A program made the position numbers and the translations under genes. Below are positions 59,276 to 60,071 of a stretch of DNA of 60,071 bases, piece by piece (positions within the stretch are counted from its first letter, which is position 1; each line of letters opens with the position of its first letter). The stretch covers positions 1-60,071 of the forward strand of contig JACRDS010000113.1 of the NCBI GenBank assembly GCA_016212825.1. Reading direction: 5' to 3'. Origin of the DNA: Elusimicrobiota bacterium. GTDB lineage: Bacteria > Elusimicrobiota > Elusimicrobia > UBA1565 > UBA9628. The notes under the pieces are model-generated. The model had not been told where the DNA came from. It made no database searches and saw only the letters and a list, made by a program, of their open reading frames with translations.

Positions 59276-60071
59276 ATGGCAAGCACGGTAGACAGCAAGC
59301 AGATCATCTATTCCATGATCGAGGTGGGCCGCATCCACCCGCCCAAGAAGCAGGTCCTCAAGGACATCTCGATCTCCTTCTACTACGGGGCCAAGATCGG
59401 AGTGCTGGGCGACAACGGCTCGGGCAAGTCCACCCTCCTGCGCATCATGGCAGGCCAGGACCCGGACTACATCGGGCAGATCACCCAATCCAAGGGCTAC
59501 ACCGTGGGCCTGCTGGAGCAGGAGCCGGCGCTCGACAAGGCCAAGACCGTCAAGGAGGTGGTCGAGGAGGGCGTGGCCGAGACCAAGAAGCTCCTCGACG
59601 ACTACAACGCCATCGGCGAGAAGCTGGCCGACCCCGCGCTGACGCCCGAGGACATGGAGAAGCTGATGGACAAGCAGGGCAAGCTCCAGGAGAAGATCGA
59701 GGTCTGCGGCGCCTGGGAGCTCGACAGCCGCCTGGACCTGGCCATGGACGCCCTGCGCTGTCCGCCCGCGGACCAGGTCGTGGGCAACCTCTCCGGCGGC
59801 GAGAAGCGCCGGGTGGCCCTGTGCCGGCTCATGCTGCAGGAGCCCGACATCCTGTTGCTGGATGAGCCCACCAACCACCTCGACGCCGAGTCCGTGGAGT
59901 GGCTGGAGCAGCACCTGCGCCAATATAAAGGGACGGTCATCGCGGTCACCCACGACCGCTATTTCCTCGACAACGTGGCGGGCTGGATCCTGGAACTCGA
60001 CCGAGGGGAAGGCATCCCCTGGAAGGGCAACTACGCCTCCTGGCTGGAGCAGAAGCAGAACCGCCTGGCCA
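59276..60071 (+). CDS. ettA: ABC-F ATPase, energy-dependent translational throttle EttA-like; 3' end beyond window
   Basis: Manual translation from the ATG at 59276 gives [60 protein letters not shown]...[32 protein letters not shown]. It is not in the ORF track because there is no stop in the window. Confidence 0.85.
   Translation, partial: MASTVDSKQIIYSMIEVGRIHPPKKQVLKDISISFYYGAKIGVLGDNGSGKSTLLRIMAGQDPDYIGQITQSKGYTVGLLEQEPALDKAKTVKEVVEEGVAETKKLLDDYNAIGEKLADPALTPEDMEKLMDKQGKLQEKIEVCGAWELDSRLDLAMDALRCPPADQVVGNLSGGEKRRVALCRLMLQEPDILLLDEPTNHLDAESVEWLEQHLRQYKGTVIAVTHDRYFLDNVAGWILELDRGEGIPWKGNYASWLEQKQNRLA

Noticed and set aside
47536-60071. Shadow ORFs over the right-hand third (47536..48366 -, the 5' part of 47649..49910 +, 48387..49925 -, 49861..51177 -, 50013..51278 +, 51331..52482 +, 53124..54350 -, 53204..54574 +, 57157..59307 -, 57732..59291 +, 59000..59953 -).
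   Set aside because: The same reasoning applies. The 59000..59953 minus ORF is antisense to the EttA-like ABC-F gene, whose Walker A and signature motifs are unambiguous on the plus strand.

Overview
This is a GC-rich bacterial chromosomal segment with a strong G/C preference at codon third positions. It is densely packed with genes, and many are translationally coupled through ATGA or GTGA stop/start overlaps. I saw no transposases, integrases, phage genes, rRNA or CRISPR arrays. All family calls come from motifs I could read in the supplied translations; no database search was run.

Contents, left to right:
1. 1-8699, minus strand: a contiguous type IV pilus / T2SS-like operon. It runs OmpA-domain protein, fused PilM-PilN, PilO-like, PilP/GspC-like, secretin, PilB/GspE ATPase, then the start of PilC/GspF.
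2. 8756-11402: an O-antigen-ligase-like (Wzy_C) plus TPR membrane protein, preceded by tRNA-Thr(CGU).
3. 11451-12719: an orphan Leu/Ile/Val-type solute-binding lipoprotein.
4. 12757-22144, plus strand: a hopanoid/isoprenoid operon (shc, hpnH, hpnA, hpnG, polyprenyl synthase, dxs). It continues through two tiny Cys-rich ORFs into an ankyrin-caspase lipoprotein.
5. 22151-22693: oligoribonuclease.
6. 22828-27209: a five-gene envelope lipoprotein module (LPP20-like, LpoB-like, large TPR-like lipoprotein, LPP20-like, secreted protein).
7. 27258-33808: a 1082-aa AsmA-like protein with internal 225-nt tandem repeats, a trypsin-like protease and an NlpC/P60 peptidase.
8. 33814-40562: small lipoproteins, transporters, tatA-(nucleotidyltransferase)-tatC, a radical SAM enzyme and a second caspase-like lipoprotein paralog.
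9. 40687-45711: an exported HAD-like hydrolase, an S8 subtilase and secreted hypotheticals.
10. 45850-51234: a KAS III / SDR / acyltransferase / two class-III aminotransferase cluster.
11. 51235-56096, minus strand: an OmpR regulator, a receiver-domain::GspE-type ATPase fusion and a soluble PAS histidine kinase.
12. 56268-60071: CoA-transferase A/B, an MFS transporter and the start of ettA.

The most unusual items are the kinase-coupled REC::secretion-ATPase fusion, the two exported caspase-like lipoproteins, the lipoprotein module and the ACP-less KAS III-aminotransferase cluster.
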